From: an uncultured virus (IMG/VR IMGVR_UViG_3300010938_000034)
Lineage: Duplodnaviria; Heunggongvirae; Uroviricota; Caudoviricetes
Reading direction: 5' to 3' (one strand)
Length of the DNA stretch: 64,000 nucleotides
Virus record (IMG/VR): IMGVR_UViG_3300010938_000034
The translations under genes and the position numbers were made by a program. Shown piece after piece: positions 10,020 through 19,480 of the stretch (its first letter is position 1; each line of letters opens with the position of its first letter). The notes beneath the pieces are model-generated. The model did not search any database, was not told the origin of the DNA, and saw nothing but the letters and a program-made list of their open reading frames with translations.

Positions 10020-10103
10020 CTAATGGGATTAGTTAGTTGATTTCTCTACTCTTCGGTCTAATTAATTCCCATTAGGGAAATTTAAAAAAGGAGGTAAAAT
10101 AAA

Positions 10104-10412
10104 ATGGCTGAATTTGGAAGATTTGCAATATTTTCACCACGGTCAGTAAGTGGAGCTTACACAATGACGCTTGATGATAATTGTATTCTACATACTGTGG
10201 GTGCAACAAACCAAGCAGTAACTTTACCAAAGGCTTCACAAGTCAAAGGTAAGGTAGTTTATATTCAGAAAGTTGATTCTGGAGCGGGCTATACAGTTGT
10301 AACTGCTGCTTCAGGAGATACAATTGATGGAGCTGCTTCTGTAAATATTACTGCACAATATGGTAAGAAAATGCTTTTAAGCAATGGTTCGACCTGGTCA
10401 ACTATTGTATAA
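10104..10412 (+). CDS. Small virion structural protein
   Basis: VTLP.A...G....I.K.D....DTIDG domain common in phage fibre/decoration proteins. Confidence 0.7.
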   Translation: MAEFGRFAIFSPRSVSGAYTMTLDDNCILHTVGATNQAVTLPKASQVKGKVVYIQKVDSGAGYTVVTAASGDTIDGAASVNITAQYGKKMLLSNGSTWSTIV

Positions 10413-10424
10413 AAGGAGGCCAAT

Positions 10425-10865
10425 ATGCCAGAGAGAGGTATCTTAGACCAATTAGGGGTTAATTTGCCTCCTCCACCTGTAGGTGGAATTGGAGGTCAGG
10501 CAGTAAAACCACCAATGGCTGAAATGAGTAAACCTGCTGAACTTGGAGGTATAGAAGCCCTTGCCGATACAATGGTTACAGGTGCTTTGATGTTACTTAC
10601 TCAAGCGGTTTCTCTTTATGGGACTTCTGAAAAAGGTGATGGAGTAATCAGGGCTATAAGCACTTTGAAAAAGGTTATTCCTACAGAAAAGATGAAAGAA
10701 GCAGAAAGTAACATTATGGCACTTTTATCTTCTATTGGGAAACCAGGGACTATGGCAACTCCAGCACCAGCACCGACTCCAGAGACTTCACCAGCAGTAG
10801 CAGGAGCACCAGCACCGCCTACAGCTGGAGTGACTCCAGAGATACCAGCAGGTAGAACAATTTAA
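10425..10865 (+). CDS. Pro/Ala-rich head-module protein
   Basis: AGGAGG RBS, between portal and scaffold. Confidence 0.7.
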   Translation: MPERGILDQLGVNLPPPPVGGIGGQAVKPPMAEMSKPAELGGIEALADTMVTGALMLLTQAVSLYGTSEKGDGVIRAISTLKKVIPTEKMKEAESNIMALLSSIGKPGTMATPAPAPTPETSPAVAGAPAPPTAGVTPEIPAGRTI

Positions 10866-10879
10866 GGAGTTGAGATAAG

Positions 10880-11125
10880 ATGGCTGATGTTAAAGGTGAT
10901 TGTCCTTCAAACTTACTTGAAACAATCAGAGCACAATATAATACATTGCGAAACGATTTAAATACTGTTATTACTCTTGTCAATGAGCTTAAGACTAAAA
11001 TGAGTGCTCATACTCATACTGAAAATACAGCAGCGACATATACCCAGAATGCAACGACAGCGGCAGCTCCAACTATTACATCGGCATCTGCTTCTCTTAC
11101 TGCGGAGGCAGTTAATAGAACTTAG
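10880..11125 (+). CDS. Small structural protein
   Basis: Coiled coil plus AHTHTE motif. Confidence 0.6.
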   Translation: MADVKGDCPSNLLETIRAQYNTLRNDLNTVITLVNELKTKMSAHTHTENTAATYTQNATTAAAPTITSASASLTAEAVNRT

Positions 11126-11140
11126 TTCTGGAGGCTTGCG

Positions 11141-11335
11141 ATGGATTATAGTTTCGTTGGTGGTGTTGCAGTAGCTGTTGCGGGTATTGTTTTAGGTAAC
11201 CTTCTTTTAAATGGGATTAAGGGAAACAAAAAAGCTTCTGAAGAAGCATTCAAACTTTTCGTTGAAGAAACAAGAGCAAATTTTAGATTACTCAACGAAA
11301 GACTTGAACATATTGAGAATGCAATAAGGAGGTAG
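11141..11335 (+). CDS. Small membrane protein with coiled coil
   Basis: N-terminal TM, GGAGG RBS. Confidence 0.65.
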   Translation: MDYSFVGGVAVAVAGIVLGNLLLNGIKGNKKASEEAFKLFVEETRANFRLLNERLEHIENAIRR

Positions 11336-11336
11336 T

Positions 11337-11984
11337 ATGCCCGCAAGGTCGGAAAGGCAAATTTTGCATTGCCTAATGTTAAATAGTCTTCCTCAAACAA
11401 TAGAGCATAGATTTCAAAAAGGAAATGTGCCTCATAATAAAGGGGAAAAAAATTTTGTAGAACGAGTTTGTCGTTTTTGTGGGAAAACTTTTTTAATAGC
11501 TGAAAGTGCTTTAAAGAGGAATAGGGGGATTTTCTGTTCTAAACAATGTTTTTATGATAATAAGAAAAAATTTAGTAAAAGAGCTATGGTCTTTAAATTG
11601 TATAAAGAAAGAAAAACTTATAAAGAAATTTCACAAATTTTAGGAATACCACAAAGCACAGTAGGATATTATGTATATAAACAGAAAATATGTAATAGGT
11701 ATGGAGATGGTATTATAAACGGGGCAACAAGGCAAAGAATAAAAAATCTGTTAAATATTAATTCTTGTGAGTTGTGTGGATATGATAGAATTCTTGATGT
11801 TGCTCATATTGTGCCCAGGAAAGATGGTGGAAAATGGACTTTAGATAATGTTCTTATTCTTTGCCCGAATTGTCATCGTTTGTTTGACAAAAATTTGTTA
11901 AATGATGAGGAAAGAGAAAAATTAAATTCTATTGAAAGAGTTAAAAAAAGTTTGGAGGTGATGAAAAATTCCAGCAAAAAGTGA
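11337..11984 (+). CDS. HNH homing endonuclease (Zn finger + HTH + HNH)
   Basis: CELCG...AHIVPRKDGG....NVLILCPNCH; FCSKQC. Confidence 0.85.
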   Translation: MPARSERQILHCLMLNSLPQTIEHRFQKGNVPHNKGEKNFVERVCRFCGKTFLIAESALKRNRGIFCSKQCFYDNKKKFSKRAMVFKLYKERKTYKEISQILGIPQSTVGYYVYKQKICNRYGDGIINGATRQRIKNLLNINSCELCGYDRILDVAHIVPRKDGGKWTLDNVLILCPNCHRLFDKNLLNDEEREKLNSIERVKKSLEVMKNSSKK

Positions 11985-12162
11985 AAAACAAAGACGCATA
12001 GCAGGAATAGCTTTGTCTATAAAGCGTGGTGAAACCCCAAGATCATATTCTCCTGAAGCTGCAAGGATGGCCGAATCTATGTCTGAAGAAAAATTGAGAC
12101 ATTACGCAGGAAGAACGAAGAGAAAAAAGAAAAGAACTTCAAGAAGAAGCAGAAGAAAATGA
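11968..12162 (+). CDS. DUF3008-like basic protein, probable ATT start (not in ORF track)
   Basis: (M)PAKSEKQRRIAGIALSIKRGETP...MAESMSEEKLRHYA; GGAGGTG SD 7 nt before ATT; in-frame TGA two codons upstream. Confidence 0.7.
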   Translation: MPAKSEKQRRIAGIALSIKRGETPRSYSPEAARMAESMSEEKLRHYAGRTKRKKKRTSRRSRRK

Positions 12163-12539
12163 AAAAAATAATTATTTTAACATTGTTACTTTGTATTATA
12201 CCATTAATAGCGATAGGGAATGAAATACCAGCTCCTTTTGCTAAGGCTAAAGAACTTGCACTTAAGGCAACACCAAATGACGCAGGCAACTACATATTAG
12301 TCTTTGAGGGTTCTGACGCTTCCTACTATTTTTACTTGTTAGGTTACATACCAGGTAAGCAAATTATAGGCGTAGGCAAGTTAGAAAGTAAAGACACCGT
12401 CGTTGCAGAATACCACGAAGCGACAAAAGAGTTTAGTTTCTGGGTGAATGGATATCGCTATATGGATGTTGATAAAACAAAGGTGATAGAGTTTGCTTTT
12501 AAGGTATTTAGAGAATTGGTTGCAAGAAAACTAATTTAG
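12159..12539 (+). CDS. Secreted/membrane hypothetical protein
   Basis: Signal peptide MKKIIILTLLLC. Confidence 0.65.
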   Translation: MKKIIILTLLLCIIPLIAIGNEIPAPFAKAKELALKATPNDAGNYILVFEGSDASYYFYLLGYIPGKQIIGVGKLESKDTVVAEYHEATKEFSFWVNGYRYMDVDKTKVIEFAFKVFRELVARKLI

Positions 12540-12548
12540 GAGACAAAT

Positions 12549-13007
12549 ATGGCTGCTTTAATCCCTGCAATACTTGGTGCAGTAGTTGGTATTATTCCTG
12601 AGATTGTAAAATTCTTCAAAACAAGGGAAGACCATAAGCACGAACTTGAAGTAATGAAACTTCAAATCGAAGCGACAAAGGTAGCAGGCGAACAGCGTCT
12701 TGAAGAAATAAAAGTCCAGAGAGACATTAGCGAAGCAGAGGCTGCCTATAAATTCGCTGCACCACCACAGAAATCAGGGATTAAGTTTTTTGACGCCATT
12801 GTCTTCTTCTTTAATGGTCTGGTAAGGCCACTTGTTACTTACTGGCTCTTTATTGCTTATGTGGGTAACAAACTCAATTTAACCAATATTGCCTGGAGTG
12901 AATTTGACCAGGGTTTACTGGCTGGTGTTGCCTCATTCTGGTTTACTAACCGAGCAATGAGATATGCTGTTGGACAATTAGGCAGTGCAAGTAGCAAATG
13001 GTATTAA
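12549..13007 (+). CDS. Holin-like membrane protein
   Basis: VRP.VTY and FWF..R motifs, TM segments, overlaps the lysozyme start. Confidence 0.7.
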   Translation: MAALIPAILGAVVGIIPEIVKFFKTREDHKHELEVMKLQIEATKVAGEQRLEEIKVQRDISEAEAAYKFAAPPQKSGIKFFDAIVFFFNGLVRPLVTYWLFIAYVGNKLNLTNIAWSEFDQGLLAGVASFWFTNRAMRYAVGQLGSASSKWY

Positions 13008-13441
13008 CAGAAAAGGGATTAGAGTTAATAAAAATGTTTGAAGGTTTTAGTGCGACTCCCTATTTATGTGAGGCAGGCTATCGAACTATAGGATATGGTC
13101 ATGTTATCCGTCTTGGAGAAAATTTACAAAATGTTACTGAGACCGAGGCTACGGTTATTTTACTACGAGACATTGCTAATGCAGAAAGGGCAGTTTGGCG
13201 TCTTATTGGCGTTCCCCTTGAAGCTAATCAGTATGATAGTTTGGTATCTTTCTGCTTTAATCTTGGCGGTGGTTCTTTACAAAGGTCGACGCTCAGGCAA
13301 AAGTTAAATCGTGGCGAATACTACGAAGCCGCTGAGGAGTTTCCCAAATGGTGCTATGCAGGGGGTAAAAAAAGTAAGGGGCTTTTAAAGCGTAGATTGA
13401 TTGAAAAAGAAGTCTTTCTATATGGAGATTATCCTATTTAG
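12998..13441 (+). CDS. Endolysin, GH24 phage lysozyme
   Basis: FEGF...Y.C.AG..TIGYGH, LVSFCFNLG, GLLKRR..E. Confidence 0.95.
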   Translation: MVLTEKGLELIKMFEGFSATPYLCEAGYRTIGYGHVIRLGENLQNVTETEATVILLRDIANAERAVWRLIGVPLEANQYDSLVSFCFNLGGGSLQRSTLRQKLNRGEYYEAAEEFPKWCYAGGKKSKGLLKRRLIEKEVFLYGDYPI

Positions 13442-13458
13442 GAAGGAGGTAAAAAGAA

Positions 13459-13617
13459 ATGTCATTACTTATAATTATTTTATGGGTTATTACATTGGTG
13501 ATTGCTTTTGTATCGGGACTTCTGGTATATAGAAACAATGCAAAGAAATTTAAAAGACTTGAAGAGGAAGCCAAGGCTAAAGGAAAAACAGTAGAAGATT
13601 TAATTAAAGAATGGTGA
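13459..13617 (+). CDS. Small membrane protein, possible lysis accessory (not in track)
   Basis: AGGAGG RBS; MSLLIIILWVITLVIAFVSGLLVYRNN. Confidence 0.65.
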   Translation: MSLLIIILWVITLVIAFVSGLLVYRNNAKKFKRLEEEAKAKGKTVEDLIKEW

Positions 13618-13644
13618 AATCTAAAAGAAAGGAGGTGAGCAAAA

Positions 13645-13803
13645 ATGTTAAAGACAGGCAAGGCACGGGAACAGGTAAATGTTGATTTGGAGAGGGATAA
13701 GAAATTTTTGGTTGACCTTGACCGAGACCCTATTATTGGCTTCAATAAGAAGGTCACAGGTGTTTTAACCAAAAAACATCCCTCCAAAAAGAAAGGGAGG
13801 TAA
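13645..13803 (+). CDS. Small basic protein (not in track)
   Basis: AGGAGGTG RBS; MLKTGKAREQVNVDL. Confidence 0.6.
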   Translation: MLKTGKAREQVNVDLERDKKFLVDLDRDPIIGFNKKVTGVLTKKHPSKKKGR

Positions 13804-13806
13804 TCT

Positions 13807-14364
13807 ATGGAGTGGGATTTTGAGGAGTTACAAAAAGAATACGAAAGACTAAAAAAGGAGTATGAAGAAGTCAGTAAGGCAAAGACTGAATATGATGAGG
13901 TTATAAAGAAAGCCTATGCTGACCCAGAGTTAAGAGAACCTTTAAAAAAGATTGCTCGCAAGGTTGCTGGATTAGAAATTCAAGACCCAGCTTACGAAAA
14001 GTATACTAAGGAAGAAATTTCAAAACTTCAAAAAGAATTGGAAACCCTTAAATCTGAAAAGGAAGTGGAAAGTAAAAAATCCTATGCGAAACAACTTGAG
14101 AATGTTTTAAGTCAGTATGGTATCACTGGGGATGAAGTTAAGAAATTTCAAGAGTTTGTTTCAAGCACGGGTCTTGTTCCAACAACAATTTCTGGTTGGG
14201 AAATTGCAGCACAAAATTATCGTCGTTCTTTAGTGGCAGAACCTGTTTTTGGGAGAACAAAAACTTTCAGAGAGGCTGTTACTTCAGAAGACTATCTTAA
14301 GAACCCAAGTCAAGCATTTGAGAAAGACTTCTTGAATGCTTTAAGGTCAGCAGGAAAAAAGTAA
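13807..14364 (+). CDS. Putative capsid scaffold protein
   Basis: Charged helical protein just upstream of the capsid gene. Confidence 0.65.
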   Translation: MEWDFEELQKEYERLKKEYEEVSKAKTEYDEVIKKAYADPELREPLKKIARKVAGLEIQDPAYEKYTKEEISKLQKELETLKSEKEVESKKSYAKQLENVLSQYGITGDEVKKFQEFVSSTGLVPTTISGWEIAAQNYRRSLVAEPVFGRTKTFREAVTSEDYLKNPSQAFEKDFLNALRSAGKK

Positions 14365-14365
14365 G

Positions 14366-15133
14366 ATGGCATTTGGTAAAGGCTCTTTTCATCCGATGAA
14401 TGATCCCAAAATTCGGGAAATAGTTAGCCAGAAAATAAAAGAAAAATGGCAAGATCCTGAATATAGGGATAAGGTTTGCAAAACTAAAGGACAGGTTATT
14501 AAGGCCTTAAAAAGGAGGTGGAATGATCCTATACAGCGAGAGAAATTTGCAAACAAAATTAAAGAAAAGTGGAGTGATCCCGAATATAAAAAGAAAGTAG
14601 GAGAGAAAATATCAAAAGGTAAAAGTTGGAATTTGTTTACAAAAGAAGAGCTTGAAGACCTTTATTTGAATCAGAAAAAATCATCAGATGAAATTGCAAA
14701 AGAAAGGGGTTGCTCTAAAGGTTCAGTTTTAGATTATCTAAAAAAGTATGGGATAAAACGTAGAACAGTTTATGACTATATCCCAAAATTAAGAAAAGCC
14801 TTTCTTAGAGAAAATAATCCTCTTTGGAAAGATGGAAAGACAAAAGTAGATAAACTTTTAAGAGAATGTGCAAAGTATGAATTTTGGCGTCAATCGGTTT
14901 TTGAAAAAGACAATTTTACTTGTCAGAAGTGTGGACAAAAAGGAGGTGATTTAGTTGCTCATCATAAGAAACCGTTCTCCAAATTGTTAGATGAGGTAAA
15001 AAAGAATTTACCATTGTTTGGTTTGTATGAAGGTGCTCTTATCTATACTCCACTTTGGGATGTAGATAATGGCATAACATTGTGTTTAAAGTGTCATAAA
15101 AAAATTCACAAGATAGGAGGTAAAAAGAAATGA
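14366..15133 (+). CDS. HNH homing endonuclease with NUMOD3-like repeats
   Basis: KEKWQDPEYR repeats, HTH, CQKCG...AHHKK...NGITLCLKCH. Confidence 0.85.
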   Translation: MAFGKGSFHPMNDPKIREIVSQKIKEKWQDPEYRDKVCKTKGQVIKALKRRWNDPIQREKFANKIKEKWSDPEYKKKVGEKISKGKSWNLFTKEELEDLYLNQKKSSDEIAKERGCSKGSVLDYLKKYGIKRRTVYDYIPKLRKAFLRENNPLWKDGKTKVDKLLRECAKYEFWRQSVFEKDNFTCQKCGQKGGDLVAHHKKPFSKLLDEVKKNLPLFGLYEGALIYTPLWDVDNGITLCLKCHKKIHKIGGKKK

Positions 15134-16203
15134 CAGCGCCTTTTATGAATTATTCTACGCCCTATGGAATTTATCCTCCATCTGTAGAGGTAGGGGCAAA
15201 TGACATGCTTAATGCATTGTCAAGAGCAATCCCTTCGTGGGTCGTGGCTCAGAACCTTGGTAAGCTTTCTCCCCTTATGCGTAAACTCCTTACGATTGCA
15301 GAGGTGAAGGCTATGAGTTTCCCATTTATCAGCCAGCCAGTTGCAGGGACTCCTGTAAGTCATGCTCAATATGTAACGTATGATGGAGCATTTAATGTTC
15401 CAACTTCTCTTGATGTGGACTTGACCAAAATGCCTACTTTCTATGCTAACATGATTCTGGATACATTATATGTTACGGATATTGAAGCAAAGGCATTTGA
15501 AGCAGGCAATCCCTACATGCTTTTTAACAACCTTAAAACAAGGGCTTCTCTTGTTTGGATTGGGTTAATGGATACTTTGACCACCAATCTTACTGGAACA
15601 AGAGTGAGTGGAACAGAGGATACTAACAAGTTCTATGGACTCAAAGATGTTGTGGATGATGGAACCACGAATGCCAACTTTGGTAACCTTTCAAGGTCAA
15701 CTTACACTTGGTGGAACTCCAAAGTCTACAATGCAACGAGTTTATGGACTGACTCTCCTTCTGCTTTTGTTTATGTGATGAGGGCCCTTGCTAAATTCCA
15801 AAATGAATGTTCAACAATGGGGATGCCAACTTGTGCTTTTACTTCTCATGGAGTATGGCAAAAAATTGCAGAGTCCTTTACTAACATTGAACGTTACATT
15901 GTGGCTGATACAGGGAAACTTGAAGAAACCAGGCAGTATGAAGTAACAGGATTGATTGTTCAGGGAATTCCTATCTTTCCTGATCCATATCTAACTGAAT
16001 CTACCATTTACTTTTTGAATTTCGATCATTTGAGATTCGACTTTGTGGATGGATATGTTTCAGTTGTAACTCCCTGGTATAATATGACGATTGTAGGGAA
16101 ACTGGCTTATCTGGCACTAATTATTATTGGCGGGCAACTTTGGAGTGATGCTCCAATTGCTTCTTTTAAATTGACCAATATGCCAGCAGTTTCTAATGTC
16201 TAA
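15130..16203 (+). CDS. Major capsid protein (HK97-type, P22-like context)
   Basis: 357 aa; SPLM, GL..VVDDGT...FGNLSRSTYTWW, GIPIFPDPY..IYFLN motifs. Confidence 0.8.
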   Translation: MTAPFMNYSTPYGIYPPSVEVGANDMLNALSRAIPSWVVAQNLGKLSPLMRKLLTIAEVKAMSFPFISQPVAGTPVSHAQYVTYDGAFNVPTSLDVDLTKMPTFYANMILDTLYVTDIEAKAFEAGNPYMLFNNLKTRASLVWIGLMDTLTTNLTGTRVSGTEDTNKFYGLKDVVDDGTTNANFGNLSRSTYTWWNSKVYNATSLWTDSPSAFVYVMRALAKFQNECSTMGMPTCAFTSHGVWQKIAESFTNIERYIVADTGKLEETRQYEVTGLIVQGIPIFPDPYLTESTIYFLNFDHLRFDFVDGYVSVVTPWYNMTIVGKLAYLALIIIGGQLWSDAPIASFKLTNMPAVSNV

Positions 16204-16227
16204 TTGATTATGGATTTGGAAGGATAA

Positions 16228-16253
16228 ATCCCTGGGAGAATAATCCCAGGGAT
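16228..16253 (+). other. Stem-loop after the capsid gene (stabiliser or attenuator)
   Basis: ATCCCTGGGA-gaataa-TCCCAGGGAT; no U tract. Confidence 0.5.
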
Positions 16254-16281
16254 ACCTTCGCATAGGGAGGAGGATTATGTT

Positions 16282-16599
16282 ATGGTTGTAGCCTTAAATA
16301 CATCCGATAGGGAACTTATACTCTTTTCAGGCGGTATTGAGTATAAATTACCGATAAATGAGCCTGTAGAGTTACCAGATGTAGTAGCACAACTTTATTT
16401 TGGATATGGAATTAATGTTGATGAGGATTTGATGAATTTATGTATCAGCAGATTAAAGCGTTATAATCCTCAAATCTTTGGGCTACCAGATTCCGATGTT
16501 TGGGATAATTATATCCAGAAGGTTGAATTTAATATTGATGCTATTAAAGCCAAGAAAGAAACTTTTGATTTAAGGGAATTCAAGAAAGGTAAGTTTTAA
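16282..16599 (+). CDS. Hypothetical head-module protein
   Basis: GGAGG RBS, follows the capsid gene. Confidence 0.7.
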   Translation: MVVALNTSDRELILFSGGIEYKLPINEPVELPDVVAQLYFGYGINVDEDLMNLCISRLKRYNPQIFGLPDSDVWDNYIQKVEFNIDAIKAKKETFDLREFKKGKF

Positions 16600-16604
16600 T
16601 ATGT

Positions 16605-17186
16605 ATGACAGGACGAGACTATATTAATTGTGCAAAAGATAGTTTTTATCCCACTGAAACTTATGTTTCTGATGCAACACTTGCAACTTTTTTAAACTAT
16701 GCACGAAGGAAAGTTATTAAGCATGGGAAAATAGGTTTTACGGAAATATCTTTATCTCTGGTAGCCCAAACACCAAGTTATACTTTAACTAAAGATTTAC
16801 TCGAACTTTACAGTGTGCTTCTCGAATGGGATAATACAATCAGGTATTTATTAACTCCTATTCCCTGGGGTAGGTTTCCACTCTCTACAAGCACATTTTT
16901 TGCTCCTCCCTGGAATTACTCGTTTATTCCTACAAAAACAGTAGGATTTTATCCATGTCCAGATAGGGCTTATAGTGCCTATTTGTATGGTGTTCCTTTC
17001 CCATCAAAAACTTATACAGGCACAACTCTGGATGATACGGATACAGATATTACTACGGATAATTATCTTGAACCTGTCGCTGTTTTGGTTGCTTCAAGGC
17101 TTGCAAGTAATGACCAGAATTATGAACTTTCAGAATTTCTTGAAAGTAAATTATTTTTTGATATTATGAGGATTTCAAAGATTTAA
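16605..17186 (+). CDS. Putative head-tail adaptor
   Basis: LN.A.R, FYPCPD..Y motifs; position. Confidence 0.65.
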   Translation: MTGRDYINCAKDSFYPTETYVSDATLATFLNYARRKVIKHGKIGFTEISLSLVAQTPSYTLTKDLLELYSVLLEWDNTIRYLLTPIPWGRFPLSTSTFFAPPWNYSFIPTKTVGFYPCPDRAYSAYLYGVPFPSKTYTGTTLDDTDTDITTDNYLEPVAVLVASRLASNDQNYELSEFLESKLFFDIMRISKI

Positions 17187-17187
17187 A

Positions 17188-18663
17188 ATGGCTAAAAATC
17201 CTAAAAGACCCAAAACTATTGCTAAGGATTTTGAAATTTTACTTTCACCCTGGGAAGGTCTTGTTACATCTCAAGACGCATACACGATCCCTGAAACAAT
17301 GTCTGTATGGATTGAAGGGTTACCTAAACTTACGGGTGCGATTGAAGGTGTATTGAAATCTACTACAAAGTATACTCATACTAAAACGATTTCTGATTAC
17401 TTTAATTTTGCTTTAAGTGATAATTTCCATACCATTCTGGATGGAACAAATTTAACCTTTTTAAACTCTTCTTTTGTCTCTGCGGGAACTTTTTCTACTA
17501 CAGATACCATTTGTGATTTTGGTCTTCAAGGAAACACAGCAGTCTGGGTGGTTACCCGTAATTTTTTAATCACCTTTGATGGGACGACTGTTTATAATCT
17601 AACTGGTAGAAATGTTTTAGGAGATGCAATTTGTTACTGGAAGGGTAGAATCTTTATAGGGAAGGATAGAACAATAACTTTTAGTGTTCCCAATCCTGAT
17701 TACACAAATGTAAATAATCCTTTCGATACTGGGTCAGGTGCTGGATATATCACAATTAATATTGGAAGTTTTGGTAAGATTTTAGGACTTATTCCTAAAG
17801 AAGATAGTATTTATATTTTAACAGATAATAATATCCTTGCACTTCTCGGAACAACTATATCAAACGACCCAACCCAATGGTATCTTGCGGAAGTTATTTC
17901 TGGTTATGGGCTTACAGATGTAAGAAAATGGATTAGATATGAACATACTATTTATTACCACTCCAATATTGGTATTGTTAGTATCATTGCTACTGCACCT
18001 GAAAAAATAGATGATGCAATTAGTAATTTAACGGATTCTATTTATGGAATTAACTATTTTGTTTATAATGGTATTCCTTATATTGGAGTGATCGTAGATT
18101 CGCCTGAATCAGATAATAAAACTATTTGTTGTTACAATTTACTTTTTAAAAAATGGTTTTCCTTACCTTTGAATTTAACAACTTTTGCAACCATTGAGAA
18201 AGAAACTTATGGAATTCAGGGAGCAAATATAATAAAATTCTTCGATTCTGATAAATATTTTCCTATAAAAATTAAAACAAAAACCTTCTTTAACCTTGAC
18301 CAAATTTATTATAATTTAAGAACAATTTATCTTTATGGTAGGGGTAATAATGTTGTTAATTGTAATGTCTATGATGAAACAAGTAAGGAATTGCAATTTG
18401 GTTTCAATCAACTGAATCCTGTTTCAAATTCACTTTTGTTTAGCAATTCTTATGGAGATTTTTTGTTTAATAATACTTATGGGCATTTTATGTATGGACA
18501 GACTCCATATTTTTTCTTAAATGTTTATAAAAATCTTAATGAAAATTATCGTGGGATTAGAGTGAAACAATTTTATTTAACCCTTGAAAGCGAAGACAAT
18601 GGAGTTTATACAGAATTTATAAACTTGAAAGTTAAGGGAACTTTAGGAGCGAGGTATACATAA
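17188..18663 (+). CDS. Putative tail nozzle/stabilisation protein (P22 gp10-like)
   Basis: 491 aa beta-propeller-like (YWKGRIFIG, ITFS); position after the adaptor. Confidence 0.65.
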   Translation: MAKNPKRPKTIAKDFEILLSPWEGLVTSQDAYTIPETMSVWIEGLPKLTGAIEGVLKSTTKYTHTKTISDYFNFALSDNFHTILDGTNLTFLNSSFVSAGTFSTTDTICDFGLQGNTAVWVVTRNFLITFDGTTVYNLTGRNVLGDAICYWKGRIFIGKDRTITFSVPNPDYTNVNNPFDTGSGAGYITINIGSFGKILGLIPKEDSIYILTDNNILALLGTTISNDPTQWYLAEVISGYGLTDVRKWIRYEHTIYYHSNIGIVSIIATAPEKIDDAISNLTDSIYGINYFVYNGIPYIGVIVDSPESDNKTICCYNLLFKKWFSLPLNLTTFATIEKETYGIQGANIIKFFDSDKYFPIKIKTKTFFNLDQIYYNLRTIYLYGRGNNVVNCNVYDETSKELQFGFNQLNPVSNSLLFSNSYGDFLFNNTYGHFMYGQTPYFFLNVYKNLNENYRGIRVKQFYLTLESEDNGVYTEFINLKVKGTLGARYT

Positions 18664-19061
18664 TGCCTTTTAGGATACCCATGATATTAGAAAAAGACAA
18701 TCTTTTGGCAATAAGGGATTATAATTCCTTTCATGCTTTGGAGCATCAGGATATTGCTAACTGGTTAAATGCTCTGGCTAAAGCAAAAGGATTAAGCATT
18801 GTAATAAGTTATTATACTTTACCTGTTTTAGACCCTAATAATCGTGAATCAATTGAAGCATTTTTTACAACAAATTGGAGACAACACATAGTTTTTTATG
18901 ATTATTTGAATAAAATTGGAGCGACTTATTCACCACCAGTGTTCGTGTTTCCTAAAAACTACCCTAGCGAAATATGGGACTTAGATATTGAAAATCTGGT
19001 AAAATTGGAGTGGGAGGTGCATTTAAATTTTTGGAGGGCTATTGATATATTAAAAAGTTAA
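18663..19061 (+). CDS. Hypothetical protein
   Basis: Translationally coupled. Confidence 0.7.
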   Translation: MPFRIPMILEKDNLLAIRDYNSFHALEHQDIANWLNALAKAKGLSIVISYYTLPVLDPNNRESIEAFFTTNWRQHIVFYDYLNKIGATYSPPVFVFPKNYPSEIWDLDIENLVKLEWEVHLNFWRAIDILKS

Positions 19062-19062
19062 A

Positions 19063-19467
19063 ATGTTGGTATCGCATTTATTTGAATATATTTTGCATTT
19101 AACAAGAGGAACTAATGTAGGACTCATTAATGAACTTACTCCATTTTATGCTTTTTGTTGGGAAGTTGGAAATTATTTGTTTTTATCTGAAGGGAATAAT
19201 GTATCACTTTGTATCTATTCGTTTTGTAACTTATCGGATGCTGAAAGGATAGTGAGTTTACCCTATCAACAGGCTCTTTATGAGTCTGCCCTGGTTCTTT
19301 TAAGAAAACAAATCAGGGGAGATGTAGTAATACCTGATTTGGTTTGTGGGAAGGTTAGTAAAATAGGTAAAAATGTTGCATTAACAAAATGGAGGGATTT
19401 GGGAGCTAAAAAAATTTTATATCACAAAGCAAAGTTAAACAAATTTTTTCTTATACCGTTAAGGTGA
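19063..19467 (+). CDS. Hypothetical protein
   Basis: Co-oriented, precedes the ejection genes. Confidence 0.6.
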   Translation: MLVSHLFEYILHLTRGTNVGLINELTPFYAFCWEVGNYLFLSEGNNVSLCIYSFCNLSDAERIVSLPYQQALYESALVLLRKQIRGDVVIPDLVCGKVSKIGKNVALTKWRDLGAKKILYHKAKLNKFFLIPLR

Positions 19468-19480
19468 AAGGAGGTAAATT

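Noticed and set aside
11355..11990. Group I intron around the first HNH
   Set aside because: The P1-like hairpin lacks the U.G pair and no P7/S elements are visible; kept only as an insertion hypothesis.
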